Part shown: positions 1 to 11,779 of the stretch, piece by piece
How the letters are laid out: each line of letters starts with the position of its first letter
Position numbering within the stretch: the stretch's first letter is position 1
From: an uncultured Gammaproteobacteria bacterium
GTDB lineage: Bacteria; Patescibacteriota; Microgenomatia; UBA1406; HO2-37-13b
Direction of reading: 5' to 3'
Length of the DNA: 64,000 nt
NCBI GenBank assembly: GCA_964422025.1
Contig: CAYQYZ010000002.1
Location: forward strand, 3,765-67,764
Position numbers and translations under genes: made by a program
The notes under the pieces: model-generated
Database searches by the model: none
What the model was told of the DNA's origin: nothing
Seen by the model: only the letters and a program-made list of their open reading frames with translations

Positions 1-2200
1 GTACCGACAGAGGTTAGTGATGAGGCAGTAACTCCGACACCAAGTGCAGTTCCAGAAAGAACATCGGTTCCATTGATTTTGTAGGTGGAGCCTGATGAGA
101 GGTTAGTTGAACCTGCAACATCGAGTTTAAATGCAGGAGTGGTTGTACCAACTCCCAAGTTACCCGAGATGTCTGCGGTACCGACTACTGAAAGCTTGTT
201 TGTTGGTGAGCTTGTGCCAACTCCCAAGTTGTCCGCAGTGGTAGTAAGAGCTACGATAGAACCAAAGTCGGTGAACCCTGAGACGTTTCCAGTATTTGAA
301 TCAGTCGAACAGGCCCATCCACCTGCGTCAGTATATTTGAGAAGTTCGCCATCAGTACATCCTTTGAGCAAAGTAAGTCCTCCTGAACCAACCTCCAAAC
401 CTGAGTTAGATGAAGTTGAGCCGGTGGTTCCTGATGAGGTTAGATTTACCGCCAGAGCATTCGAGCTGACCGTTATACCACTTCCTGAAAAATCGGTAAC
501 TGTTTCTGAATTGATTGAAACACCGGATAAAGCAGTAAGTAGACCTGCTAAGTTAAGCCCACCTGCACCCGTAAAGTCAGTTCCGCTGTTGCCAATGTCA
601 GTAATTATATTCGTCGCCATGTTGATTGTTCCACCAGCAGTGAAAGCAGAGATGGTATCGGTTGAACTGTCAAATGAAATTCCTCCGTTTAATGCTGAAG
701 TGCCGGTAACGGTAAGATTTCCAAGTGTTCCAAGACTGGTTAATGAGGAAGACGTAACTCCTACACCGAGGGCAGAGCCGGTGAGCACATCAGTTCCATT
801 GATTTTGTATGTTGAACCCGATGAAAGGTTGGTAGATCCGGCAATGTCTAATTTAAAGGCAGGGGTAGTAACTCCAATTCCCAGGTTTCCTGAGATATCT
901 GCGTTTCCAACTACTGAGAGTTTGTTTGTTGGGGAAGATGTGCCAACTCCGAGATTATCTGCGGTAGTTGTGAGTGCTACGATACTTCCGAAATCGGTGA
1001 AGCCTGCCAAATTCGCGCCGGTTGTATCGATATCAATTGCACACGCCCAACCAGAAGCATCGGTGTATTTAAGTAATTCATTATCTGCACAGCCTTTGAG
1101 GAGCGTAAGTCCTCCCGAACCAACTTCCAACCCCGAGTTTGATGAACTAGATCCTGTTGTTCCGGATGAGGTAAGTCCGACCGTTAATGTGCCACCGCTC
1201 AACACGATTCCGTTTCCAGTTAAGTCAGTGATTGCGTCTGAATTTACATTCAACGCTTGTCCAGCTGCAAGCGTGAGTCCACCATTGCCAACAATTGCTC
1301 CGGTGACTGTTAAGTTTCCAAGTGTCCCTAGCTGAGTAAGTGATGAGGACGTAACACCTACTCCCAAAGCGGAACCGGAGAGGACATCAGTTCCATTGAT
1401 TTTGTACGTATTCCCCGCTGAAAGATTTGTGCTCCCTACGACGTCAAGTTTGAATGCCGGAGATGTTGTTCCAACTCCCAAGTTTCCTGAGATGTCTGCG
1501 TTTCCAAGTACAGAAAGTTTATTGGTAGGTGATGATGTGCCAACCCCCAAGTTATCTGCAGATGTTATTAAAGCCACGATATTCCCAAAATCCGTGAATC
1601 CTGAAGTACTTCCCGATGTTGTATCGATATCAGCCGAACATGCCCATCCGCCAGCATCGGTATACTTAAGAAGTTCTCCGTCAGAACAACCCTTAAGCAA
1701 TGTAAGTCCGCCCGTACCTACTTCCAAACCTGAATTTGACGAAGTTGCGCCCGTATTACTACTAGTCGTCAAGTTGACAAATAGCGAATTACTCGTAACC
1801 ACGATTCCGTTTCCGGAAAAATCAGTAACCGTTTCTGAATCAAGTGAAACTCCAGATGAGGCTGTGAGAAGCCCCGCAAGTGTTAATCCGCCACTTGCAG
1901 TAAAGTCAGTTCCCGCATTTCCAACGTTTGTTATGAGATTATTTGCAAGATTAATGGTTCCACCGGCTGTAAAGGCTGAAATAGTGTCGGTCGAGTTATC
2001 AAAAGTAATTCCTCCGTTTAGGGCTGAGGCGCCTGTTACAGTTACATTTCCAAGTGTTCCAAGGCTTGTTAAGCTTGATGCCGTGACTCCAGTTCCCAAT
2101 GCAGTTCCTGTAAGAACGTCTGCTCCATTAATTTTGAACGCATACCCCGATGCAAGATTAGCATCTCCGGCAACATCTAGCTTATACCCAGGTGTAGAAG
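1..2200 (-). repeat. Tandem coding modules (about 726, 597 and 732 nt) inside the surface-protein gene
   Basis: The same peptide block recurs in the shadow ORFs at nt ~88, ~814, ~1411 and ~2143 (EPDERLVEPATSSLNAG / EPDERLVDPAMSNLKAG / FPAERFVLPTTSSLNAG / YPDARLASPATSSLYPG). The first 84 nt match a module end, so the array extends leftwards out of the window. Confidence 0.7.
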
Positions 2201-2963
2201 TTCCGATTCCTACATTGTCACCACTATCGGTAAGACGCACATTTGTGCCATCATCAATCCAGCCAGTACTGAGCCCACTTGTGATTGTTAGAATTTTATT
2301 TGAGGCGTCGGTAGTAAGTACAATTCCTGATCCGGCCGCCACAGTAAGCTTGTCGCTGTTTGAACCAGCAACAATATCGCTTTGACCAGAAACAGAGAAT
2401 GTTTTGAAAATATTTTGAGCAGATCCTTTGTCGGTATTCGCGATTTCCAGTCCATCTACCGAAATACCATCGCCTTCTTCAAGTGATACATCGCCTGTTC
2501 TACCTGAAATAGATGAAACAACATTCAAATCAAGTTTAATTTCGGGCGTTTGGCCTTCGCTTATTAAAATTCCTTTGCCGGCCGTTAATCCGTAAAGTAC
2601 GTTAGATGCAGTTAATTCCCCTGTCCCTAAATCGAGATCCTGATTGGTCAGTGTGACTGTGTCGTTAAACGTACTGGGACCATTAACTTCGAGCGAAGAT
2701 CCAAGTGTTACTAGATCTTTGAAAAAAGCGGGAATGGTAAACGTAACTCCGGTTTTTGATCGATCGACCGTTGCAGCCAGTACAGAAGGGGATGTTTTTT
2801 GATTTTGAGCAGTCTTTTTTTGGGGTTGTGAAGTGACGGGTGGCTTGTATGCAAATTTACTCGTAAAGTCATGGAATTTTTCAGGCAATGATGATACAGT
2901 AGATGAAACTAGTAATACTAGTCCCGCAAGTATGCTTACTGCTTGTTGGAGAAAATGGTTCAT
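1..2963 (-). CDS. Large cell-surface repeat protein, N-terminal part (gene continues past window start); tail-fibre-like GxGTxxPxxKLxVxG repeats
   Basis: Absent from the ORF track because it runs off the edge. My minus-strand translation from ATG at 2963 reads MNHFLQQAVSILAGLVLLVSSTVSSLPEKF (anchor/signal helix). It continues ...NVGIGTSTPGYKLDVAGDANL..YAFKINGADVLTG...LGVGTSSPTNKLSVLGNADISGNLGVGTTSPAFKLDVVGSTNL..YKINGTDVLSG. The frame was open as far as I translated (to about 1330). The repeat structure continues to nt 1. Confidence 0.75.
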   Translation of the reverse strand, partial: MNHFLQQAVSILAGLVLLVSSTVSSLPEKFHDFTSKFAYKPPVTSQPQKKTAQNQKTSPSVLAATVDRSKTGVTFTIPAFFKDLVTLGSSLEVNGPSTFNDTVTLTNQDLDLGTGELTASNVLYGLTAGKGILISEGQTPEIKLDLNVVSSISGRTGDVSLEEGDGISVDGLEIANTDKGSAQNIFKTFSVSGQSDIVAGSNSDKLTVAAGSGIVLTTDASNKILTITSGLSTGWIDDGTNVRLTDSGDNVGIGTSTPGYKLDVAGDANLASGYAFKINGADVLTGTALGTGVTASSLTSLGTLGNVTVTGASALNGGITFDNSTDTISAFTAGGTINLANNLITNVGNAGTDFTASGGLTLAGLLTASSGVSLDSETVTDFSGNGIVVTSNSLFVNLTTSSNTGATSSNSGLEVGTGGLTLLKGCSDGELLKYTDAGGWACSADIDTTSGSTSGFTDFGNIVALITSADNLGVGTSSPTNKLSVLGNADISGNLGVGTTSPAFKLDVVGSTNLSAGNTYKINGTDVLSGSALGVGVTSSSLTQLGTLGNLTVTGAIVGNGGLTLAAGQALNVNSDAITDLTGNGIVLSGGTLTVGLTSSGTTGSSSSNSGLEVGSGGLTLLKGCADNELLKYTDASGWACAIDIDTTGANLAGFTDFGSIVALTTTADNLGVGTSSPTNKLSVVGNADISGNLGIGVTTPAFKLDIAGSTNLSSGSTYKINGTDVLTGSALGVGVTSSSLTSLGTLGNLTVTGTSALNGGISFDSSTDTISAFTAGGTINMATNIITDIGNSGTDFTGAGGLNLAGLLTALSGVSINSETVTDFSGSGITVSSNALAVNLTSSGTTGSTSSNSGLEVGSGGLTLLKGCTDGELLKYTDAGGWACSTDSNTGNVSGFTDFGSIVALTTTADNLGVGTSSPTNKLSVVGTADISGNLGVGTTTPAFKLDVAGSTNLSSGSTYKINGTDVLSGTALGVGVTASSLTSVG

Positions 2964-3127
2964 TGCTTATATTAGACTAATCAATATTAATAAGGAAATC
3001 AAGAGCAAATTACTATGAAACAGGATCAAAAACCCTATACCCCCACCCGTATATTTGATCACACTACTACAACAATAAAAATTGTACTTTTAGCCATTTA
3101 ACTCAAAATTCTCCGATAAATCATTGA

Positions 3128-3961
<834 letters not shown>

Positions 3962-3963
3962 CT

Positions 3964-4464
3964 ATGAACCTATTTTCAAAAAAAACCAATCAAAGCGAAG
4001 AGGAAATTATTCTACATGCCCATAAAAAGGCTCAAGCGATTATTAAAGAAGCCGTCGACAGCGCACAACAATTACTAACGCAAACACAATTACTTACTGA
4101 CTCATTAAAAGAGCAAACAGCGCTTGGAATGAAATCGGCGGTTGAAGCTCAAACGAAACGACTAGATGCCGAAATGAAAGCAGGAATCGAAAAAGTGCTT
4201 GCGGAATTTAATACGAACGTGCAAAAACAGCTAACGGATAGTTCTAAATTACTTGAAACAAAAACTGCTGACGAATTTATAAAAGTTCAGGCTGAACTGG
4301 CTGAGTATAAGAAAGCAAAAGAACTCGCTATGGAAGCGTTGGTTGCCAAGAAAGTGACTGAAATTGCCCAGGACGTGTTGGGTAAAACTATTGATGCAAA
4401 AACCCATGAATCGCTTGTTATAGAAGCGATTGAAAAGGCAGGAAAAGGTGGGTTTTTTAGATAA
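3964..4464 (+). CDS. ATP synthase peripheral-stalk b-like coiled-coil protein with no membrane anchor
   Basis: 166 aa of Ala/Lys/Glu/Gln-rich coiled coil in the operon position of atpF. The N-terminus MNLFSKKTNQSEEE has no hydrophobic helix. Confidence 0.6.
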   Translation: MNLFSKKTNQSEEEIILHAHKKAQAIIKEAVDSAQQLLTQTQLLTDSLKEQTALGMKSAVEAQTKRLDAEMKAGIEKVLAEFNTNVQKQLTDSSKLLETKTADEFIKVQAELAEYKKAKELAMEALVAKKVTEIAQDVLGKTIDAKTHESLVIEAIEKAGKGGFFR

Positions 4465-4465
4465 T

Positions 4466-4897
4466 ATGCAATACGAAATGGTAGACGAATCACTGGTTAC
4501 TGTATCTCAGAGAGATCAACTTGTTGAAAAACTTGAAGCACTTTCTAAGGGCATATATGCAAAAAAGGGCCAAACGTCGTTAGACGATTTAACGATTACA
4601 GTGCAAAACATGATTGTGTCATTCTTGCAAAAGAATAAAGTCGATACGAAAAAAAATACAGACGTATTAAAAGCGTTCAATACTCTGGCAGCACACGTTA
4701 AGTCGCTCCCTACCCTAACGATTGAAATGGCATTTGAACCAACCGTTTCCCAACTAGCTAAATTTGCGGGAAAAATTGAACTATTCGGATCGCGACCGTT
4801 GCTAAAAGCAAAAGTAAATCCACAAATGTTAGCTGGAGCAGTTCTTGAAATGAATGGTAAACGGCTTGATCATTCTATAAATAACACGAACGTATGA
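4466..4897 (+). CDS. atpH: ATP synthase delta (OSCP) subunit, short form
   Basis: Operon position. The C-terminal ..KAKVNPQMLAGAVLEMNGKRLDHSINN matches the OSCP C-terminal pattern (..IGG..i..g....D.S). ATG at 4466 follows the upstream stop; the stop overlaps the atpA start (ATGA). Confidence 0.7.
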   Translation: MQYEMVDESLVTVSQRDQLVEKLEALSKGIYAKKGQTSLDDLTITVQNMIVSFLQKNKVDTKKNTDVLKAFNTLAAHVKSLPTLTIEMAFEPTVSQLAKFAGKIELFGSRPLLKAKVNPQMLAGAVLEMNGKRLDHSINNTNV

Positions 4898-6534
4898 AAT
4901 CATATAACGAATATCTAAAAATAACCGGCGAATTTGGAGAAGTTACTGAAATTAAGTTACCCCTCGTAACGGTAACCGGTTTACCAAGCGTTGCTCCTTT
5001 TGAGCTTGTTCTATTTGAATCTGGAATAGTTGGTGAAGTGTTTGCTATTCATAAACATGCAGTTGAAATAATTCTGTTCAGCAAAAAAAGTCCTGCAACG
5101 GGCGAAAAAGTGGTTCGTACAAAAGAGCTACTCCAAGTCCCTGTTGGAAGCGAGCTTTTGGGAGCAGTCATCGATCCAACGGGCGGCGCAATTGGTACGT
5201 CAGCAAAGGTTGCCGCAAAGAAAACAAACGATTTGAATGGAAAAGTGATGGGTATTACGTCGCGTGCAAGCATCACTAAACCATTCGACTCAGGAATGAC
5301 GGTCATCGATATGCTACTTCCACTTGGGAAGGGTCAAAAACAGTTAATCATTGGCGATCGTAAGACAGGTAAAACCTCATTTCTATTATCAATTCTTAAA
5401 GCGCAAGCAAAAACAGGAACCGTGGTTATTTACGCAGCTATCGGAAAGAAGCAAAGCGATGTGCGTCACGTATTGGCATATATCGAGAGTGAAAAGTTGC
5501 AAAAACAAACAGTTGTGGTTGCGTCAAACTCGTCAGATTCCCCCGGACTCATTTACTTAACTCCATTCACAGCTATGACAATTGCAGAAGGCTTTCGAGA
5601 TGAAGGCAAAGATGTTGTCGTTATTTTGGATGATTTAAGCACGCATGCAAAATTTTATCGTGAAATGAGCCTTATTGGAAAACGATTCCCGGGTCGAGAA
5701 TCGTATCCAGGAGATATTTTCTTTACCCATTCACGACTTCTTGAACGTTCGGGAAATTTCCTGCAGGAAGGAAAAAAAGAAGAGGTATCAATTACCTGCT
5801 TGCCGGTGGTTGAAACTGTTGAGTCCGATCTAACAAGCTACATTGCAACCAATATTATGTCGATGACCGACGGCCATATTTTCTTTGATCAAGGAACATT
5901 CGCCAAAGGACGCAGACCTGCTATAAACATTCCCCTTTCAGTTACTCGTGTGGGTCGACAAGCGCAGTCGCCCTTGCGGCGCGACATTAATCAAAAACTC
6001 ACTGCATTCCTGTCACTATTTGAACAAATGGAAAATTTATCGCATTTTGGAGCTGAACTATCGGGAAAGGTACAAAATACGATTAAAACTGGGGAACGCA
6101 TGCATGCGTTCCTGAATCAACCTAAGCACGTTATTATTGATACACACATACAGCTGGTCGTTTTTGCTCTTATGTGGGGAAATAGTATTGAAGATGCAGA
6201 TCCCGCATCTATTCAGGAAAAGATTCGAAAACTTGCGGAGGCATCAGAAAAGGATGCTGGACTAAAGAAAACACTTCTAGAAATCACGTCCGTAGAAAAT
6301 TTGGATGACTTATTATTACAAGTGAATCAAAAAAGAGATCAATTTTCGGCTATCATTGGCGAAGTTAAAACAGTGACTACTGAAACGGTTGTGACTACTG
6401 AGCCTCCGGCTGCTCCCGGATCCACGCCGGCAACCACTCCAGCAAATCCTCCTACGCCACAAACCACAACGGTTACCAAAACCATTACCCAGACTGACAG
6501 TATTTTATTCGTTCCCATGACTGATAAAAAATAA
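4894..6534 (+). CDS. atpA: ATP synthase F1 alpha subunit with Pro/Thr-rich C-terminal extension
   Basis: Walker A GDRKTGKTS, ILDDLSTHAKFYREMSLIGKRFPGRESYPGDIFFTHSRLLERS. The last ~50 aa (TEPPAAPGSTPATTPANPPTPQTTT) are non-canonical. Confidence 0.95.
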   Translation: MKSYNEYLKITGEFGEVTEIKLPLVTVTGLPSVAPFELVLFESGIVGEVFAIHKHAVEIILFSKKSPATGEKVVRTKELLQVPVGSELLGAVIDPTGGAIGTSAKVAAKKTNDLNGKVMGITSRASITKPFDSGMTVIDMLLPLGKGQKQLIIGDRKTGKTSFLLSILKAQAKTGTVVIYAAIGKKQSDVRHVLAYIESEKLQKQTVVVASNSSDSPGLIYLTPFTAMTIAEGFRDEGKDVVVILDDLSTHAKFYREMSLIGKRFPGRESYPGDIFFTHSRLLERSGNFLQEGKKEEVSITCLPVVETVESDLTSYIATNIMSMTDGHIFFDQGTFAKGRRPAINIPLSVTRVGRQAQSPLRRDINQKLTAFLSLFEQMENLSHFGAELSGKVQNTIKTGERMHAFLNQPKHVIIDTHIQLVVFALMWGNSIEDADPASIQEKIRKLAEASEKDAGLKKTLLEITSVENLDDLLLQVNQKRDQFSAIIGEVKTVTTETVVTTEPPAAPGSTPATTPANPPTPQTTTVTKTITQTDSILFVPMTDKK

Positions 6535-6536
6535 TT

Positions 6537-8794
<2,258 letters not shown>

Positions 8795-8795
8795 T

Positions 8796-9059
8796 ATGGA
8801 CACTTCGATCAAAATTACGATTCATGACGCCGATAAAATCGTGTATGAAGGCCAGGCAGAATCAATAACTACTTTTAACGAACGTGGAGTTTTCGATATA
8901 CTGCCTTATCATACCCAGTTTATATCGATTATTAAAACGTCGATTACTATTAATAACAAAGGACAAGAGAAAAAAGAATTTACGATCGATTCGGGGATTT
9001 TAGAGGTGCTGAATAATGAGGTGAATGTATTCTTGGGGATTGATGTGGTAAGGATTTAG
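8796..9059 (+). CDS. atpC: ATP synthase F1 epsilon subunit (beta-sandwich domain only)
   Basis: 87 aa, last gene of the operon. ..ITTFNERGVFDILPYHTQFISIIK.. fits the epsilon N-terminal domain. No C-terminal helices are present. Confidence 0.8.
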   Translation: MDTSIKITIHDADKIVYEGQAESITTFNERGVFDILPYHTQFISIIKTSITINNKGQEKKEFTIDSGILEVLNNEVNVFLGIDVVRI

Positions 9060-9063
9060 GATC

Positions 9064-9645
9064 TTATTCCATCACTCTTTCATCTGTTCGTGAATACGAA
9101 AGTACTTCCGCATTTGAAAACCACAATGGAATTTCATAAGCGGCTTCTTCAACATTACCTGAAGCATGAATCAAATTCTTGATTGGTCGCTTCGCGGTGT
9201 TTGCTAAGTATGATGAGTCGAATGAATAGTCTCCTCGGATTGTTCCTGGGGCAGACATAAGCGGTAATGTATGACCACAAATTTTGCGAACAAGTTCAAC
9301 AGCATGAGGTCCTTCAAGTACAAAAGCAAACACTGGACCGCTGGTAATCATGTCAGCCAACCATTCTCGAATCATCTTTCCAATTTCAAGCGGATCGCTG
9401 GTACCTAATTCTTTTACTAAATCGACGCCTAATTTCTCGTAATTTTCAACCGTTTTTCCACCCATTCCTCTGATGAATTCTTCTCGGGAAACAGGATAAT
9501 GCTTATCGGCAAGTTCACGATCGGCATGAATGAGCTTTGCAGCGACCATTTTAAGTCCAACTTTTTCAAAGCGAGAAACGATGGCGCCAATAAGTCCACG
9601 TGAAACGGCATCGGGTTTTAAAATAACGAGTGTTTGTTCTTTCAT
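9064..9645 (-). CDS. ndk: Nucleoside diphosphate kinase (with internal insertion)
   Basis: LVILKPDAVSRGLIGAIVSRFEKVGLKMVAAK, GTIRGDYS, NLIHASGNVEEA. The track ORF extends to 9681, but MKEQTLVILKPD at 9645 is the conserved start. Confidence 0.9.
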   Translation of the reverse strand: MKEQTLVILKPDAVSRGLIGAIVSRFEKVGLKMVAAKLIHADRELADKHYPVSREEFIRGMGGKTVENYEKLGVDLVKELGTSDPLEIGKMIREWLADMITSGPVFAFVLEGPHAVELVRKICGHTLPLMSAPGTIRGDYSFDSSYLANTAKRPIKNLIHASGNVEEAAYEIPLWFSNAEVLSYSRTDERVME

Positions 9646-9693
9646 AGTTTGTATTGTACTGGGTTTACGACAAAAAAACAATGAGTAGGTGGG

Positions 9694-10479
9694 TTAAAAT
9701 CCGAAAAGTTGGTGAAAAAAGGCCGTTATAGGCTTGCCAGCAACTAAAATTGCAACTGTGCCTAGAACTAAAAAGGGGCCAAAGGGTAACTTACTTTTCA
9801 ATCCCTTTCTTCTTAGCAGTAACAGCGCCAGTCCGACAAGTCCACCGGTTACAAAAGCAACATATAATGCTAAAAATCCGCCCTCAAGCCCCAACAGAAA
9901 CCCCATGGGAAACGCGAGTTTAACATCGCCAAAACCCATTCCCCGCCCTTTAGTAACGAAAAAGAAGAAAAATAGGGTAAGCATGAGCGCAACTGCAGCG
10001 GTTAGATTTGGCAGCAAGGCTTGGAGCGAGTCGGCAGAATACACAGGAAGTAGGATCGATGCTACCAAGAGAGCGATTGTGGCTTCGTCGGGAATGATGT
10101 GATATTTTAAATCGGCAAAGAAAATTACGATAAGGCTGGATGCGATAGTTAAGTACAAGAATAACCAGATGGATTGTCCAGTCAAGAACGTAATTCCAAG
10201 GGGAAAAAGTGAGAAATATATTGCAACAAATATAACGGACGTTAAAATCTCTACAATAGGGTAATAAAAAGAAATGTGTTTTTTACAATATCGACACTCT
10301 CCTCTATTAAGTATATATGAGAGTACCGGAACCAAATCCCGAGCTCGTAGCTGCTTTTTACAATGATCACAGTGTGACCTTCCTCCGATTCCCTCTTCGT
10401 TTGAAAGACGATCGATAAGCACGTTCAAAAATGATCCAATACACAGTCCAAGAATTCCAATATAAATTGCAACAAGCAT
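9694..10479 (-). CDS. pilD: Prepilin peptidase (A24 family)
   Basis: CIGSFLNVLIDRL, Zn-finger-like CDHCKKQL..CRYCKKHISFYYPIVE, GMGFGDVKLAFPMG. The start at 10479 avoids overlap with the upstream gene. Confidence 0.9.
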   Translation of the reverse strand: MLVAIYIGILGLCIGSFLNVLIDRLSNEEGIGGRSHCDHCKKQLRARDLVPVLSYILNRGECRYCKKHISFYYPIVEILTSVIFVAIYFSLFPLGITFLTGQSIWLFLYLTIASSLIVIFFADLKYHIIPDEATIALLVASILLPVYSADSLQALLPNLTAAVALMLTLFFFFFVTKGRGMGFGDVKLAFPMGFLLGLEGGFLALYVAFVTGGLVGLALLLLRRKGLKSKLPFGPFLVLGTVAILVAGKPITAFFHQLFGF

Positions 10480-10489
10480 AGGATCAAGA

Positions 10490-11767
10490 TTACCCGATTC
10501 GAAGGGCTTTTTCAAACGGAGTCTTATTCTTAAACGGAGCGATGAGCGACATATTAAGCCCCCCATTTACAAATACATCTTTTGCGACAGCAATTACCTC
10601 TTCTTTTGTAACTGCCTGTATTTTATTAATCAATTCTTCTGGAGAAATAATTTCTTTTTGCATAAGCAGCTTTTTGCCATAAAATGAGGCAACATTTAAT
10701 GAGTCTTCGAGTGAAAGAATAAGTCCACCTTTCATAAGCTCTTTTACACGGGTAATTTCTTCATCAGATATACTCCCCCCAAGTATCTTGGAATGCTCTG
10801 CTAGAATGACCTTGATCGATTCAAGTACTTGTTTTTCATCAGCTCGGATTCCAGCGTGTGTTACGATTGTTCCAGTGTCGGAATAAAAATCGGTGTATGT
10901 ACTTACATGGTAAGCCAATCCCCTGCGTTCACGAACTTCCATGAATAATCGTGAAGCCATTCCCTTTCCGAGAATCGCAGAAAGTACCTGGAGTGCATAT
11001 CGGCGAGGATCTTCGTATGAAAATGCTCGGAATCCAATACATAGGTGAGCCTGCTCCGTTTTTTTGCTTCTAAAAAGTGTTTGTGGTGCAGTTTGATTCT
11101 CAATCACCGGTAAGTACGAGCCCGCTTTTCCATCTTTCCAACCTGCGAACTTTTGATCAATGATTTTTTCGGCATTAATTCCCGCAAATCCGCCCGCTGC
11201 TACAAACACGGCATTTGACGGGTGGTAGAATTCGCCAATGTAATCGGTGAATGTTTTACGATCAAAGCTCATAACTGTTTCCTTGCTTCCGGCAATATCA
11301 AAGCCAAGTGGATTCCCTTGATATAGTAACCCTTCAAAGAGCTCGAAGACCTTGCGCTGGGGCATATCTTCATACATGTTGATTTCTTCTACAATAACGC
11401 CCTTCTCACGTTCAATCTCATCGGGGCTAAGAAGCGGTCGTTGAACCATATCGGCAATTACATCCGTGATTTGTTCAAAATGTTCACTGGGAGCTTTAAC
11501 GTAATAGCCTGTGTGGTCTTGTGAAGTAAATGCGTTAAATGCCCCACCAAGTCCTTCGATAATTGATGCAAGTTGTAGGGTGCTTGGATACTTTTTTGAA
11601 CCCTTGAATGCCATATGTTCGAAAAAGTGGGCAATACCGTTGTTTTTAGCATGCTCGTATCGAGATCCGGCACCGACTAATAAGAGAGCTGTTACCGATG
11701 GAAATGCTTCGGTGTCTACGACGATCGTATTAAGATTGTTGGAAAGTTTTTTGAGGTGAGTTTTCAT
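10490..11767 (-). CDS. M16 family zinc peptidase (insulinase-like)
   Basis: HxxEH motif in GIAHFFEHMAFKGSKKY; 425 aa, two-domain M16 layout. Confidence 0.9.
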   Translation of the reverse strand: MKTHLKKLSNNLNTIVVDTEAFPSVTALLLVGAGSRYEHAKNNGIAHFFEHMAFKGSKKYPSTLQLASIIEGLGGAFNAFTSQDHTGYYVKAPSEHFEQITDVIADMVQRPLLSPDEIEREKGVIVEEINMYEDMPQRKVFELFEGLLYQGNPLGFDIAGSKETVMSFDRKTFTDYIGEFYHPSNAVFVAAGGFAGINAEKIIDQKFAGWKDGKAGSYLPVIENQTAPQTLFRSKKTEQAHLCIGFRAFSYEDPRRYALQVLSAILGKGMASRLFMEVRERRGLAYHVSTYTDFYSDTGTIVTHAGIRADEKQVLESIKVILAEHSKILGGSISDEEITRVKELMKGGLILSLEDSLNVASFYGKKLLMQKEIISPEELINKIQAVTKEEVIAVAKDVFVNGGLNMSLIAPFKNKTPFEKALRIG

Positions 11768-11779
11768 AGGATGAAGAAA

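Noticed and set aside
85-2385. Two long plus-strand ORFs (416 aa and 329 aa) from the ORF track
   Set aside because: They are low-complexity Pro/Val/Ser-rich translations with no start context. The minus strand encodes a coherent signal-anchored protein with tail-fibre-type repeats, so these are antisense shadow frames.
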